64,000 nt of DNA. Origin: Octopus sinensis. Its lineage: Eukaryota. The notes under the pieces were generated by a model, which had not been told where the DNA came from, did no database searches, and saw only the letters and a list, made by a program, of their open reading frames with translations. The position numbers and the translations under genes were made by a program. This document shows positions 63,322 through 64,000 of this stretch, piece after piece. How positions within the stretch are numbered: the first letter of the stretch is position 1; every line of letters begins with the position of its first letter. The stretch is taken from assembly GCF_006345805.1 (NCBI RefSeq), contig NC_042997.1, positions 177,010,001-177,074,000 of the forward strand, written 5' to 3'.

Positions 63322-63437
63322 TAATATATTAATATAAATCATTCGTGTAATATAATATATTAATATAAATCATTAGTGTGATATAATATATTAATATAAA
63401 TCACTCGTAATGTAATATATTAATATAAATCACTCGT
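63322..63437. repeat. 4-copy ~31-bp AT-rich minisatellite
   Basis: TAATATATTAATATAAATCA(T/C)T(C/A)GT at ~63322, 63353, 63384, 63413. Confidence 0.85.
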
Positions 63438-63489
63438 ACATCCTGATGAAGACTTTTCAGCTTGCGGTGAACAGTTTTTATCAGGATGT
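63438..63489 (+). ncRNA. Candidate pre-miRNA-like hairpin
   Basis: 22-nt arms pair at 21/22 positions (2 G-U), 8-nt loop; no expression evidence. Confidence 0.35.
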
Positions 63490-63549
63490 CTGTGTTGTTG
63501 AAATTTTACGTGCTACGCCTTTCACGTATCGAAAATATTATTACTAAGG

Positions 63550-64000
63550 AGGATTTAACGATCAGACGAGAATCGCGAAATGGTGGCAAAACTCAGAATT
63601 ACCTCGTCTATGATGAAGGTTCAGTTTCTACTTCCGTCTTTTCCCGGTAATATATTCTTCACATCGGCTATTAATGAATATCTTGAAGAATGATGGAATC
63701 TGTCTGCTTGATTTGACCTCCATCAAGGAATATGAGAAATTTATGAATTTTCAATCTTAGTCTTATCTATTATCTTCGCTTTCCTTCTTATGGATTGCTT
63801 TCGAGATCATTAATTATTGCTTTTATGCATTGAGTTTGTTTATTATATTTCTATGATATACTTTGCGTCCATAAAATGCATCCGGAAGCTTTGTAAAGGC
63901 TATTCAGCTTCTTTGTGATCGCTCATGCTGCTAAAAGTAATAGCTGAATCTCTTTCATATCTCATAATACTGTCTTACAAAAGGAAATACATACTGGATA
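63550..64000 (-). mobile_element. Possible very decayed RTE-like post-RT fragment
   Basis: Weak resemblance (IAFTKL..., FKIFINSRC); many stops. Confidence 0.25.

Noticed and set aside
63438-63489. Box C/D snoRNA or hammerhead (contains CTGATGA)
   Set aside because: No CTGA D box before the 3' stem and no stem II-GAAA arrangement; TGATGA is buried in the hairpin

Overview
AT-rich, microsatellite-saturated eukaryotic DNA, intronic or intergenic. The SINE repertoire and repeat landscape suggest an octopod cephalopod (inference, not a database match). No host protein-coding gene, true tRNA/rRNA gene or CRISPR array can be supported; nearly all listed ORFs are translations of simple repeats. The window is mostly mobile DNA. 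It holds five Penelope-like (PLE) remnants, two of which form a ~4.8-kb head-to-head palindrome with a 3-nt apex, and several short PLE-type hammerhead-ribozyme elements next to (TA)n. It also contains a Helitron helicase remnant with an intact 476-codon frame and a complete non-autonomous Helitron with matching 3' end, a same-strand train of R4/Dong-like 3' ends and a ~560-bp non-coding element embedded in (AAT)n/(GAA)n, a decayed RTE LINE, CR1-like fragments, and Tc1/mariner and pogo derivatives. More than 35 tRNA-derived SINE pieces of at least three families are present. The best leads are the fold-back PLE palindrome (real or long-read artefact), the microsatellite-addressed retroelement train, hammerhead mini-elements with a variant core, SINE self-insertion at GGTA, and a pre-miRNA-like hairpin at 63438-63489. 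All protein identifications are motif recognition by eye, and coordinates of decayed elements are approximate.
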